A stretch of 64,000 nucleotides of DNA, from assembly GCA_965645245.1 (NCBI GenBank), contig OZ287071.1:372001-436000 (forward strand). Reading direction: 5' to 3'. This DNA comes from Massalongia carnosa (taxonomy: Eukaryota). Both the position numbers and the translations under genes were made by a program. The notes beneath the pieces were generated by a model that saw only the letters and a list, made by a program, of their open reading frames with translations, did no database searches and had not been told where the DNA came from. Every line of letters begins with the position of its first letter. The stretch's first letter is position 1. Shown here one piece after another: positions 50,501 through 61,613 of this stretch.

Positions 50501-51521
50501 GCATCTTTCAAATATATCCAAAGGCAGTTTAAGCGACGATCACATTACCCGCCAGCAAGAGGCTCAACGAGCTCGAGGTCGGTCGAGTAGATTTGACCGC
50601 CTTGCACCGCCTCGAATTGACGTTGAAGGAATATCTCCGACGTCTTCACCTCCAATTACTCGAGTTCAAACACGAGACACTGAGGCTTCATATGATGGAT
50701 CGCGAAGTAGCGCCAGCCAATCAGATGCCCGCGTACGCGAAGCAGATAAACGACTTAACAGGATACTTGGTAGCCCAGGTATCGTGGGGTTTAGCGGGCC
50801 ACCAGTATCTCTCCTCTCAGGCTTAGAGAGCCGGCAGCGCAATTCTAGCGACCATGCAAACGTCCAAGGAGAGAGCCGATGGAGCATATCTGATCGAGCA
50901 CCTTCCATCGTTCTAGGGGCTGTTTCAAAACGAGATATCGCCCGAGCCCGAGCTTTGCTACTTTCCTCCGGCGTGAAAGCCAATGAAATCGTCCGCCGGG
51001 GTAAAGAAGCTCGTGATGTTCCTTCCGCTCTATTGTGCCGCCTTCAAGAGACTTCAAACAGATATCTTCCACATGTTCCTCGCTCGCAAGAGCATATCCT
51101 AGCAGCCCGAATTCTCATCAATAACATTGATGCTTCTAATCAGCAGCTTAGGGAAGCCGCAGAGAATTTCTCCGATAACATTGTGGAGAATCTCCACAAG
51201 CAACTCCAGGCCATAGATGAGCATATCACCCACAAGTTAACGCCTTCAGTACGTGCAGCTGCAGACGATGCTGATGGCTTTAGTGGTGAGCTCACAACGA
51301 CACACACCTTGGCTGTGAAACAATTACATAATAGTGTCGATATCATCCTCCGAAAACGGCGGCGCAGGTTTCGATGGATCCGACGGGGAGGGTATGTCCT
51401 GCTGGAGTGGACGTTGCTGGGTATCATGTGGTGGGTTTGGTTAGTCGTTGTGATAATCAGGCTGGTGCGATGTACCGTCGGGGCGGTCAATGCGGCACTA
51501 CGATGGTTGTTCTGGGTGTAA
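47598..51521 (+). CDS. MTC4: Mtc4 (maintenance of telomere capping 4)-like protein with a C-terminal membrane segment
   Basis: 1307-aa ORF. YNPLQYIRNR is recalled as the Mtc4 family signature, and the C-terminus reads RR.GYVLLEWTLLGIMWWVWLVV. Confidence 0.65.
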   Translation: MSAQSNGQASRSPTSSLSQPPYLSSAVGGIQAVPGNIDGSRDAYTRNLLLKTDRHSRYDGSFTGDSDQYNGVQEEFGHKKQRSSNSGVFLLQPLSGLGSQSESAKISLHRVSENVMGKRKIEQGDLAIPKRRTTRHHQHKRAVVGNSPLSAEVYNTVPARGEGISGGSSRDEALSIPLRISPTFYTPVKNNVISEIKEITERHEPRPGVVSALGHDTDPAQIVNLALNLSESRRRTFSAGRSPPINTLDNRRIPSMVQHNSTISNDFSTTAGGGSLRQYLQQQRQASRNVSPRSSKRRDRDISLPSTPRKIISQAQQIPSSNFEIGLADDVYLTASDATLARAEKARLSLELCYEYRRLLQYLPAIPSGKHTLSLSRSTTKSKLENESPTRLYNPLQYIRNRRLRGREGRMLDAEAEGWKDLDRVRKWIDIIAGERGTGATAVNDDYLLPAFESLHRDPVSEDASTEHIAQNSTLLPAHKPRRPKLDWSITPWDLLADAYWLHQDDNLRRIEDTHGSKIILGKHNNQETPSRSSRESARSPTRRSKSITRQLMTPEKLSSLISSSRDASKERGRRQQRVQESKSLLSNEVSSRDRKRRWPRGLTLSRNSSSSGESIEDKEQAHFRDSGFFVSRDHPDSAALEKQMRELVKKEAEAEILKDTGKSEQRGPPSKEETRLNHRDKGPADETLINSDIRRMKATQRSQHVRSASDQIPSSGRGSLDGQRRGGFRYSLDEPGTPGSQRCAPHEAGTYSITEPSTPISRPGTPKRSVHSRLRSFRQLQAKETQFFEGDSTCAQPKAAKDSSEQETVKSKAPDLPYKERHTNLGKGLLSPMTVEPLGRKSRLVDRIRTTKDPHEPESKFRGFFKGGRIAELVGNEVHKVGDRIWRKESSNNLAHASLTGSNDVSEESDLEADTSAMDSSPENYLSCKTTEIDDSVREPPNPTAIDRPKYHINHLPSFRSPFSREEHLSNISKGSLSDDHITRQQEAQRARGRSSRFDRLAPPRIDVEGISPTSSPPITRVQTRDTEASYDGSRSSASQSDARVREADKRLNRILGSPGIVGFSGPPVSLLSGLESRQRNSSDHANVQGESRWSISDRAPSIVLGAVSKRDIARARALLLSSGVKANEIVRRGKEARDVPSALLCRLQETSNRYLPHVPRSQEHILAARILINNIDASNQQLREAAENFSDNIVENLHKQLQAIDEHITHKLTPSVRAAADDADGFSGELTTTHTLAVKQLHNSVDIILRKRRRRFRWIRRGGYVLLEWTLLGIMWWVWLVVVIIRLVRCTVGAVNAALRWLFWV

Positions 51522-51917
51522 TATGCATTTGATTATTCCGTCAAGCGATTCAGCGAGCATACGGAGTGGTTAGTGATATAGGATCATGGTTTGCATTATA
51601 GGTTAGGCTAGTTATTGGGATGGATCCGCTCAAGAGCGAGTGTCTGCTACCTAATACTTTATAATATGTTTCGCTGCTTTCTTCATTCCTAAGAATATCG
51701 AGAGATACCACTCGAGTTGCCGGAAACATTCTTTGAAGCTTTGCGATAGATAGACAGACTGAGGATCGTACATGAAGCAACTGCTGAGCTTTGATACGTA
51801 CTAGTGTTAGCTTACCGTACTTGCCAAGCTATACGGATTCGGAACTTTCACTAATCTCGACTTTCTTCAACTATCTTTCGTTCGCTATTTATTTCAGCCG
51901 GACGCGCACAGCGCATC

Positions 51918-54204
51918 ATGCTGCGCAACGCTTTGCCTCTGCGCAGGAGCTTGATTTTAAAATCAATTGGGCTCAGAGCAAACTCCCAATGGCCGGCTGT
52001 CGGGCCCATCAATAGAGTTAGTCGTCTACCTGCAGCCCCCAAGCTCGTCGATTTCCTCTGAATGCATGCTGACTGGAATCTCGCAGAGGCGCTTCGCGAG
52101 TACGAAAAGGGTAGATCTGAATACCAAACCGAGCATTCACGATTCCGATGCCGTGGTACTCCCCGGCTCACAGAGTCAAACTGCAACGGCGCCTACACCC
52201 CCTCCTCCTGGACCTATAGCTTCGGTTTCCCCGGCGATCCCCTCGCCCGCAACGCCGAGCGAGAATAAGATCATACCTCCGGAGAACGTTCCTCTTGTGC
52301 CTCCGCCTCCTCCAGGAGGGAAGATCCAAACTTCCCCCCCCATTTCATTACCTTCGACCAAACTACATAATGCGAAACCTATTTCTCCCCGATCTCCGCC
52401 TGTATCCAAGTCTGAAGCTACAGTTCCACCTCCTCCGCAACCACCCCCGCCACCGCCCCCGTCGCCTCCCAGGAGAAAAGGTGGGCGTTTTCGAAGGTTT
52501 CTCTTGTATTTATTTATCTTCGGTGGGTTAAGCTATGCGGGTGGGGTCTACTACTCGCTGGTCTCGGATAATTTCCATGATTTTTTCACCGAGTACGTTC
52601 CTTTTGGCGAAGATGCAGTTCTCTACTTTGAGGAAAGGGAGTTCAGGAAACGGTTTCCCAGAATGACGAATCCGTCCAATCGCCCTCCTCCAGATTCGGG
52701 GAACAAAATCACAATACCTAGCAGAAGTGGGGTTTCATGGAAAATTTCTGAGGAGGGGAACAAGGACATTGATTCGGTGTCAAAAGGCCGGCACTTGAGT
52801 GCGGTTGATGACCACAAAGCCAAGGCTGGGCTTGAAACTGCACAGCAAACACCTTCTGTTGCAACGCCAGCAGAGAAAACCAAAGCTGTGGAGCAGGTTA
52901 AGAAAGAAGCTTCTTCAGATCCATCCAAGTCGCCACCTGCCGGCGAAAAACCTAAGACTGATGTTTCACCACCACCAAAAGAACCCGAAAAGCCTGCGCT
53001 GAAGTCAACGCCCAAAAGAAGTGAACCTAAGGATGAGTCTATGAAAAAACCGGAAGTTGATGAGCCAAGTAAAATAATGCCTGTCACTCGGATAGATCCC
53101 TTGAATATCAAGAACGCCGATGAACCCCTGGTGCAAGACCTGGTTAAAATAGTCAACGACATCATCACCGTCATTAATGCCGATAATGCTTCGAATAAAT
53201 ATTCGTCGTCGATTGAAAAGGCAAAGTTGGAGCTAGCAGGTGTTGGACAGAGAATCCTGGCCCTAAAGCAAGCTGAGCAGCAAGCAGCTGATCAGAAGAT
53301 TAAGTCGACGCAGCAGGAATTTGATAGAGCGGCCAAGGAGCTTGTGCGACGACTTGAGGAGGAGATGAAAGACCAAGAAGCCAGATGGCGTGACGAGTTC
53401 GAAGCCGAGCGCGAAAAGATATCGCAGTCCTTCCAAGAACGCCTAGACGCCGAAAAAAAGCGCTCGCAGCAAATCTCCGAGCAGCGTCTACGCAACGAAC
53501 TCCTCGAACAAGCCATCGAGATGAAGAGACATTTCATTGACGACGTGCAAAACCGCGTCGAAACCGAACGCGACGGCCGCCTCTCCAAGCTATCCGACCT
53601 CTCCGCCAGCATCGACGAGCTCGAAAGCCTTACTTCCCAATGGAACTCGGTCGTCGACGCCAACCTCAAAACGCAGCACCTTCAGGTTGCTATTGAGGCC
53701 GTGCGCGCCTCCCTTGAGCGCGCCGACCGGCCCCGCCCCTTTGTCCACGAACTCGCTGCGCTCAGGGAACTTGCTGCCGACAATGCTGTCGTCAACGCAG
53801 CCATCGCTTCCATCAATCCGACAGCCTACCAGCGCGGTGTTCCCACAACTGCCCAGCTAATCGATCGCTTCCGGCGTGTGGCGGGCGAAGTCCGCAAAGC
53901 GGCTCTCTTGCCCGAAGGCGCGGGTGTGGCAGCGCACGCGGCGAGTTTCTTGCTAAGCAAGCTGCTGTTTCGGAAGCAAGGACGGGCTGTGGGAGATGAT
54001 GTAGAGAGTGTGCTAACCAGGACGGAGACTCTGCTGGAGGAGGGGGACTTGGACGGTGCGGCGAGGGAGATGAACGGGCTCGAAGGGTGGGCGAGAAGTT
54101 TGAGCGCGGACTGGATTGGAGAGGCGAGGCGGGTGTTGGAGGTCAGGCAGGCGGTGGAGGTGATCGGGGCAGAAGTAAGGTTGCAGGGGTTGGGTGCGGA
54201 TTGA
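51918..54204 (+). CDS. MIC60: MICOS subunit Mic60 (mitofilin/Fcj1)
   Basis: Presequence exon 51918-52016 and intron 52017-52086. A TM segment is followed by SDNFHDFFTEYVPFGE, and the mitofilin domain has GDLDGAAREMNGL.GW..L..DW..EAR..LEV.Q. Confidence 0.93.
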
Positions 54205-54994
54205 GTTGGTTTGGTGCTGGAAGAGGCGTGGGGTTGGATGTGGGCATGGAGGAGAAAAGGGAGGGGACGAGGAGCTGCTGTATGTTTACGTGGTATCCAT
54301 TGTTTTTCTTCATCGTCTTTCTTTTCCGAAGGAGCAAAACTCCTTCATGCAGATATCGAGGACCAGGATTGATTACACTCGGCGCGGTGCTGAGGGGGGG
54401 AAAGTCACCTGCATGGAGAGGCCTGGATTGTGTGTAGAGGTACTGAGGTAAGATTACATAGATAGGTACAGAGTAGGCAGTCAAGAGCCAAAGGGCGAAA
54501 TACCTCCTGCCCTTTATTTTGTTCTTCTTTGAGTTAGGTTCCCTCGCCCTTTTTCATTTCTTGCCTACCTTGCATAATTATGTTCCTCCTTTCGTTGTGT
54601 TTTGTTTGGGCTCGTTAGGGGGCGGGGGCTGTGCAAAGTGAGGTCTAGGAGGGAAGAGGAGTCTTACGGTTACTGGTCTAGAGTCTAAAGGTACCTAGTT
54701 GTAGGCATACGAACGACAATGGATTCTCTATACAAATCCGATTCTTATTGGTGATGGTAAGTTTTTTGAAGTTCTGGCAGGACATTGATGGACGGCAATT
54801 CCGCGGACTAGTCTGAGCCTCTTAAGTGCCGGAGGTATCTGCTCTGCGCATGATTGGGGCAGGCGCTCACCGGGAGTTAACAGAGCGACTAGGAGGGGAG
54901 GGATCCGCTAGGAAATAGGGCTGACCAAGAAGAAGTGTAACCGACCACCCAGCAAACAAAAGCGCCAGAGGAGCAACATATCGCTAAAGTACTA

Positions 54995-55408
54995 GGTTCG
55001 GGTGAAAAGTATTGACGGATTAAGCGAGAAAATCAAAATCGATATTTCAATCACCTCCACAATCAAAAATACTAAACCTTCAATTCAACACGATAATTTC
55101 TACAATTGATGTCGAAGTCAGACGTATGTATGAAGTAGTTGATCTAAAAATTTAAAGCATATTTTACACTCAATATTTAGTAGAAAAACCATGATTTTTA
55201 ATCACAGCCCGACAACGATCTCGCATCGTGTTGATCCATTTCAGATGCTTATTTTCCACCACCAACCCGTTCCATTCGTTCGTTCCTGCTATGAATATGT
55301 CTTTTGCATTCGTGACTAAACGAGGATATCGTTTGATCTTCTGCTTGCAGCCCCTCCACACGTACTCGATGGGATTGAGATCAGGACTCGAAGGGGGCCA
55401 GGTCATGA
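54995..55408 (-). mobile_element. Truncated Tc1/mariner transposon: 3' end of the transposase plus a probable terminal repeat
   Basis: 55170-55406 encodes WPPSSPDLNPIEYVW..W..M.DRC.AVI...GFSTKY*. TA followed by GGTTCGGGTGAAAAGTATTGACGG at 54995 looks like a TIR, but no partner was found. Confidence 0.75.
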
Positions 55409-55409
55409 C

Positions 55410-55575
55410 CGTGCGTTCTTTCCTGCAGCTACACTGCGCTAAAGTACCATCGCCTGGAACCTCGGGGCAAAGATGTTGTGACCAAACATTCGCGTGCGTT
55501 CTTTCCTGCAGCTACACTGCGCTAAAGTACCATCGCCTGGAACCTCAGGGCATGGGCATGTACAAACATTCGCAT
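55410..55575. repeat. 83-bp tandem duplication
   Basis: CGTGCGTTCTTTCCTGCAGCTACACTGCGCTAAAGTACCATCGCCTGGAACCTC occurs at 55410 and 55493. Confidence 0.9.
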
Positions 55576-55724
55576 GCAATAATGGGCCTTAAACTGTCAA
55601 TTCTCATGGCAGTTGTCGTGGCTAAAAGAACTAGTTTTCCTTCTCAGTTATTTTGGTCTGCCTCCTGCTTCTCCAGCTCATTCATCATCATATTCAGTAC
55701 CTTCAGCCTCATTTGCTCCTCAAC

Positions 55725-56471
55725 ATGAATCAGCATCGACCCTATGTCATTGATATTAACAACGACCCGCTGCCTCAAACAGGGGCCACTGTCTCCAGTC
55801 CTGTCGCGCGATCCGCATCCCTTCCAAGATCCAGCATAGAATGGTTCATTGCCATTCGCAGATTCGATGGAAGCTCATACATGCTTGTGGTGCCGCTGAA
55901 CAGCTTGGGTGGTCACAAACAAGCACTTGACCAAGTGCGAGACCAACTCGTCAAAGTTTTCTCGCCAACATGGTACGAGCACATACTCTCGATCCTTTTT
56001 ACCAGGACCGCCGTGGGGACTGCCCGAGTCAGACGAGTACGTCTCATGCATGATTCGCTCACCCCGATGCTAACGGATCATGATAAGATCATGGCCTGCG
56101 ATCCTAGCCCACATATACGCTTTCGTGTCAACCTCCACGACTATGAGCATGATGCCCTGCTCACCGAAATCCTCCATAACCGGAACTCCGTCCTGTTAGA
56201 ATCCGAATATCGTTTGGAGGACAGTCCGTTCGCCTTCAACTCTTCACGCTTAGACGGTTATTACAGGTATAGGATCATTGTATTTCAAAAATTGCTGGAC
56301 AAGCAGAAGGTTGCTGGGCTCCTGATCTCCCTCCTGCTCATCTCTCCAGCACTGGGTCTCGTCGTTGGTACATACTTGCGCCGCGCGGATGTAGGGGTTG
56401 CGGTCAGTGCTGGGGTTTTCGCGCTTGCTTCGTTCTTGCAAGGACTTGCGGCTTGGTTCGCGGTTGACTGA
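55725..56471 (+). CDS. Hypothetical accessory protein with two C-terminal transmembrane helices
   Basis: ATG at 55725, an in-frame 51-nt intron at 56037-56087 (GTACGT..GCTAAC..AAG), and a hydrophobic Gly/Ala-rich hairpin at the C-terminus. Confidence 0.65.
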   Translation: MNQHRPYVIDINNDPLPQTGATVSSPVARSASLPRSSIEWFIAIRRFDGSSYMLVVPLNSLGGHKQALDQVRDQLVKVFSPTWYEHILSILFTRTAVGTARVRRVRLMHDSLTPMLTDHDKIMACDPSPHIRFRVNLHDYEHDALLTEILHNRNSVLLESEYRLEDSPFAFNSSRLDGYYRYRIIVFQKLLDKQKVAGLLISLLLISPALGLVVGTYLRRADVGVAVSAGVFALASFLQGLAAWFAVD

Positions 56472-56708
56472 TTTAAAACTGGCATTGTTCAATAAACGAT
56501 AGGCGTTCTTGGAGAGGAGATAAACGGCATCCAGCAGATTCTGGTAACGGGGAAAGCTTATACGGTGTTCCCAATTGGTGGTCCTGTAGAGTTCCATGAA
56601 TTTAGCCACGTAATGTGGCAATATTGAGTTCACTAAACGATCATCTTCCCAGAACATTCTCTAAACTAATTTATTGAACATTCACAAATCTAATTACTCT
56701 TGTTCACT

Positions 56709-57268
56709 CCCTTTTGCACCAGCGCTAAACGCGGCCGCTAAATTAGCTTCATAATTTAATAATTACAAAATCAAAACCCAGCTACGACGATGATTATGAC
56801 GAAGAAAATTTTTGATTTTCAAAATAGTACGTAGTTGTTGAGCTTTTAACTATATGAGCTGATGATACTGAAAGTACGAAACAGCTATATAAGTATTGAA
56901 GAGGGGTAGTCGTGGGTGGTGCATACGTGATGACCTCAAGGAGAGAAGACCGGCAGAAAGCAAACAAGGAACGCACGTGAAAACAACAAACAGAACGTTG
57001 GCGGTGACGACTCGGCCACTCTGACGCTGTCACTCGGACACGAATACTGACTCTGAAGGAAAGAAAAACGTTGATTGCCTGTCTGTCTAGAGGGTGAAAC
57101 TTCCCCTATCTATAGAAAAATAGGCGCCTCAGCCCCGGAAAAACCTCCCCTCCGCTCCGTCCACACCAATCCCCCTCCCCTCAGCACCTGCCCTTGTCCC
57201 TATTCACCCTATCACAGTATATGCTTTTTTTCACTAATCTTTTTGGTTTTAGCGCGAGTGCAAAAGGG
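56709..57268. mobile_element. Possible MITE / non-autonomous DNA transposon
   Basis: 21-bp inverted repeat (19/21 match), CCCTTTTGCACCAGCGCTAAA at 56709-56729 versus 57248-57268, with a noncoding interior. No clean TSD. Confidence 0.4.
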
Positions 57269-58160
57269 GATAAAAAAAAAGCAATGTACTTTACTACTGT
57301 ATGCATAAGTTTCAATCAAATTTTATGAAATAAACCTTTATATCTTGATGACTATCGTGATCATCAGGGATATTTTCTGATTTTCAAAAATAATCTTGTT
57401 GTCTTTAATTGAGATTTAAATCATCCATCGCGAAGGCATACACTCCCGCACTAGTATTTATTCTAACTACAAAGTATTAGTAAGCAGGAGCATCAAATTT
57501 TGGTTTACCATTAGAGATTGCTTTTCACTATTCATTAAATTCTGCAGCTGTTCCTTTCGAAACTAGACTAAAATATGAGAGTAAAGGAAGAAGAGCGAAA
57601 AGTGAGTGGAGTTGCGGAAATCAAGAGGCGTTCTGTCAAAAGGGGTTAAATAGAAGTAGATGGAACCTAATATGATTAGTAGAGACTTAAGGTCTCGGAG
57701 GACCTACCGTAAATGTAATTCTGATCCAAAACCCACCCATAAACGGTTAGTTCAAGCCAGCATGCCGTTAGGTGTTTTACCAAACCACTAAGCTAACCAC
57801 GTTCAGAGGTTTCCACCGCGGACATTAAGATTCCGGGAAAGAGGAGGCTGCCTGGAGTATGCACCATGGCACCATCCACGGCCCCTAAGCTTCTATTTCT
57901 TGTTTCAGATGCGGCTCTGTTGCGCGTTGCGCTAAGCCGGGGTGGTGAGTAGGGCTAGGATATGTATTAAACATGTTTATTGACTAACCCGATCGGGAAG
58001 TGTTTAATACGTGTCAGTTGGCCCAACTGACAGACACAGGGATTAGCTACAGGGGGGGAGGGGGGGGGGGCGGAAGAAGCGGGAAGATAGAAAGTGGGGA
58101 AAAGATACTTTATTTTGTTAGCAATTTGCGTACAATTTTATGTATCTCCTACTCTACTAG

Positions 58161-60188
58161 CTAGGTGTTTATCCAAGCTCTCGTCGCATCACCAAATATC
58201 GTTTGACTCGCCGGTCTTTTCGATGATGACATGGACGCATCAGATAAAGAGATCTCTTCTTGCAGTAGTCTATCCTCCATCTCACAAAGATCCGTCTCAT
58301 TGATGTCGATGCCAGCAAACTGAAGCTTGCTTTTGAAATCTGTTGGCCGATTAAGAGTACGCTCATTCATGTAAATAAACATGAGTTTATCGACATTGAT
58401 GGAATGTAGAGAGTTCCGAATTTTGGTCATGATCAAATTCATGACCGACCAATTTCTTTCTGCCAGCACCGAATTAGCAGGCTGCATTATTACCTTTCTA
58501 GCTATGTTGCTGAGATCAAAAGCAAAGCTTCTGGAAAAGTTCCAAAACAGCTCCGAATCCGTTTGATATGTCCAGCATTCGGAGGCAGGATAAAAACCGT
58601 CTTCTTGATTTCGAAAAGAAAGCCATTGCTTCATTGCCGACTTTGCTTCTTCAACGTTCAGATATTCAGCAAAGAATCTATGCATGATAGAGAAAAATGC
58701 CTGCGACGTGGATACTCCAATCACCTGAATGTTATGATTCTGAGGAACCAACAGAGCTGCTACCACATGAAGTTCAGTTATTTGACTGAGATATCGATCT
58801 TCCCAAACTATCTCTGCAATGTGATGCAAATCCATCTCAGAATCTTCATCCTCTTTGGCCATTGTATATAGGTGAGATCGAAGCCTGTTCCAATTGGCAG
58901 TCACCGCGTACAGTTTATGCCCCTCGGCCTCGGACATGTATTGTGCTTTATGTATGGGATCAAGAATTTTCTGTATGATGGCCAGCTTTTTCCAAAACGA
59001 GAAGTCGTTGACGAATGTTCCTAAAGGATGACTTCTGCCCTGATCAATGCCCGGAGCATTTTGCTGAAAATAATCCAAAATTGCCTGCTTGCTTTTTAGC
59101 ACTGAGTTCAAAAGGCCTACAGTCGTACCCCATCTGGTCAAAACGTTGAGAATCAGTGATTGACGTTGATTGTATGCCTTTGAAAGTTATAAATTAGCAA
59201 TGACGTTTTGATGCCGCATTGAAATTTCATTCCTACTTACCTTCATCTGAAAATTCCATAGAATGGCCAATTCTTTATTCGATCCACGAAAAGCTATCAC
59301 TATCGACTGAGCTTTTTGCATGATGTCTGCAAAAAAAGGAAGCTTCAAAATGTCTCCCAAAAGAAGCTGTAAACCGTGACTGTCGCAAGGAACGAAAAAG
59401 ACGTGTCTCATCTCAGGAAACTTTCGAATTTCAGACCACATGGCCTTCATAGTAGAGCAAGTATCTGTTCCTATACAATTGACTCTCCAGAGCTGATTAT
59501 TGGTCGCTTCTCTACAGCCTTTTATCATCCACTCAGCTTGAACAGCTGCAGTCATCGTCTCAGCGATGCCGGCCATTGCTTTTAAATGAAAGCCCCCCCC
59601 TCGAGAGGTAGCTGATGAAGGGACATGACAACAGATATTAATAACCCGTTCCTTCTTAATGTTGGCCGTTTCGTCGGTAAAGAAGTTGAGATAACTGCAG
59701 GCATCTAACTGCTGATTTACTTTCAGTTTAACCGTCTCATAGGCGTCGTCCAATAATTTCCCGCCAACGAGCTTATGATGTGGAGGTTTATATCCAGGAT
59801 GCAGTGCTTGATGATGAGCAATCACATAGGGATTTTCGAAGTGGTTAAACGGAAGATTGGTCATAAAGACGGACATTGCAGCAGCGCGATGAGCATGCGC
59901 AACTTGGGCTTGATTTAAGGGACGAATCAAAGGGGTGATGGGCAATTGGATCAAAGATTTGCTGCTCCTAGAAGACGTCTCTTGCTGTCTTCTTTCTTGC
60001 ACTTCTTGAAAGGCATTGCATGTCTGCAAATGCTGCTGACCCCTGGTAGCAACTTTGGCAGACTGATATCCGCAATGCGTACAACGATGCTGAGGGTATT
60101 TCATGCCTTCAATGATGACATCAACGAAATTCTCATCTACCAATGCATTTTTCGGTCGACCGCCAGAATGTCCAGATTGTCGAGACAT
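58161..60188 (-). CDS. hAT transposase (about 654 aa), apparently intact
   Basis: Exons 60188-59241 and 59177-58161 join in frame. It has a BED finger (CTHC..HLQTC), FTDET, GTDT, CDSH (CxxH), TRW and the C-terminal dimerisation motif AERNWS. Confidence 0.9.
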
Positions 60189-60286
60189 GATCAATGTATG
60201 TGTTGAGAATTGAGCCGAGATGTCTGCTTATTAATAAGAGCACTAACCGAATGCGGATCATGCACTAAGGGTTATTTCGGCCGTGG

Positions 60287-61613
60287 CACGCGGGTGACAA
60301 AATAAATTGCAACGTGTAAGCGAATTTACCCCCCCTTTTTTATTCAAATTTTCATCTCATCATCAACCATCATCTGCATAGCTGATAAAATTCATCTAAA
60401 TTACATGAGATCAATAACCAGTCATCGCCCCCTTTGCATCTTTTACCTCTTTCAATATTTTGGGCATGGATAACACCCTTTCATTGATAAATTCTTGACT
60501 GACTCGAGCCCATCCCTCCCTAATCAGCTGCTCCAAACTTGCATCGTCCCAATGAGGAAATTTACGAACATGCTGCTTTGCGGGCTGCCAGCAATTTTCA
60601 ATGGGAGCTAGATCAGGAGATGAAGCACAATTGAAATAGTGCTCTAAATCGTGATCTAACTTTCACTTTTTGACCGCGTTTCGTGTCTTGCCCGTGCCAT
60701 GACCAGACTCTCCATCTTCTTCAAGTACGAAGTCATCTCCACGCTCCAACCAGGGCTTGACGACGGGATCAAGAATAGCGTCAATATACACCTGATGAGT
60801 CATTTTTCCATTGCTATTGCTGGGCACATCGTAGAAGTAGATATCCGACTTGAAATTGTAACCAACTGCTGCCCAGCAGTGCTTTCTTTTACGATCTTTC
60901 TCAGGTGGTGCATCACGATGCTGAATACAATCCCAACGATATCTTGTTCCGGGCTTACGAATGATTCGTAACTGTCCTTCAGGCCCGTAGCCAAAATGAA
61001 TCCCATCGCTGAATCGTACGCGATGCCAGTCTTCGGACCGAGGATATTTATTTAACATAACTGTAGCAAATTCTTCTCTTCTTTCTTCTGATGCCATTGC
61101 CAGCCACCCTTTGACACAGGCTAGATATTTATGATAATTCAAGGCAGCTGTAAGAGTTCTCTTCATTGTACGTCCCATCACGTCGGCCCCAATCTCCTGT
61201 GCTAAAGCATCCCATGTGTAGCGTTTTCCTTCCAATTGTAGATCTTGATCCTGCAGAATGTGATCTGCCTCCTTCAGCTGATCATCACTAATCTTTCGCT
61301 TTCGACCCCGAGTCTCAACGAGAGAAGAATTGTGACGTGTGCGAGAAGAAGCTCCGCTTTTGATGATGTTATAGCCCGCGCGCTCGGCCACGCCAAATTC
61401 CTGAAAAATGGCCCGTGGATCGAATGGAATTGCATGTGAGATGAGAAATTGATAAGCTCCTTGAACTTTGGCCTTTGTGGGAGTATCATAATGAGGCTTT
61501 TTGGGTCGAGATATTGATGATGAGATAAAAAGTTGAAAAAAAGGAGGGTGTTTTGATGGGGCATTCAGGGGTAAATTCGCTTACACGTTGCAATTTATTT
61601 TGTCACCCGCGTG
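60287..61613 (-). mobile_element. Tc1/mariner(IS630)-like element, 1327 bp, nested in the hAT
   Basis: Perfect 46-bp TIRs CACGCGGGTGACAAAATAAATTGCAACGTGTAAGCGAATTTACCCC at 60287-60332 and 61568-61613. Flanking direct repeat CGTGG at 60282-60286 and 61614-61618. Confidence 0.95.
60411..61514 (-). pseudogene. Inactivated Tc1-like DD38E transposase
   Basis: One frame reads HYDTPTKAKVQGA..GRKRK..RFSD..VLEEDG.SGHG..SPDLAPIENCW. There is an in-frame TGA at 60663-60665 (probably a former TGG), and ATA at 61514 where an ATG would be expected. Confidence 0.88.

Noticed and set aside
56250..56657. 135-aa minus-strand ORF
   Set aside because: Half of it overlaps the 2-TM gene in antisense and the rest has no recognisable motif.
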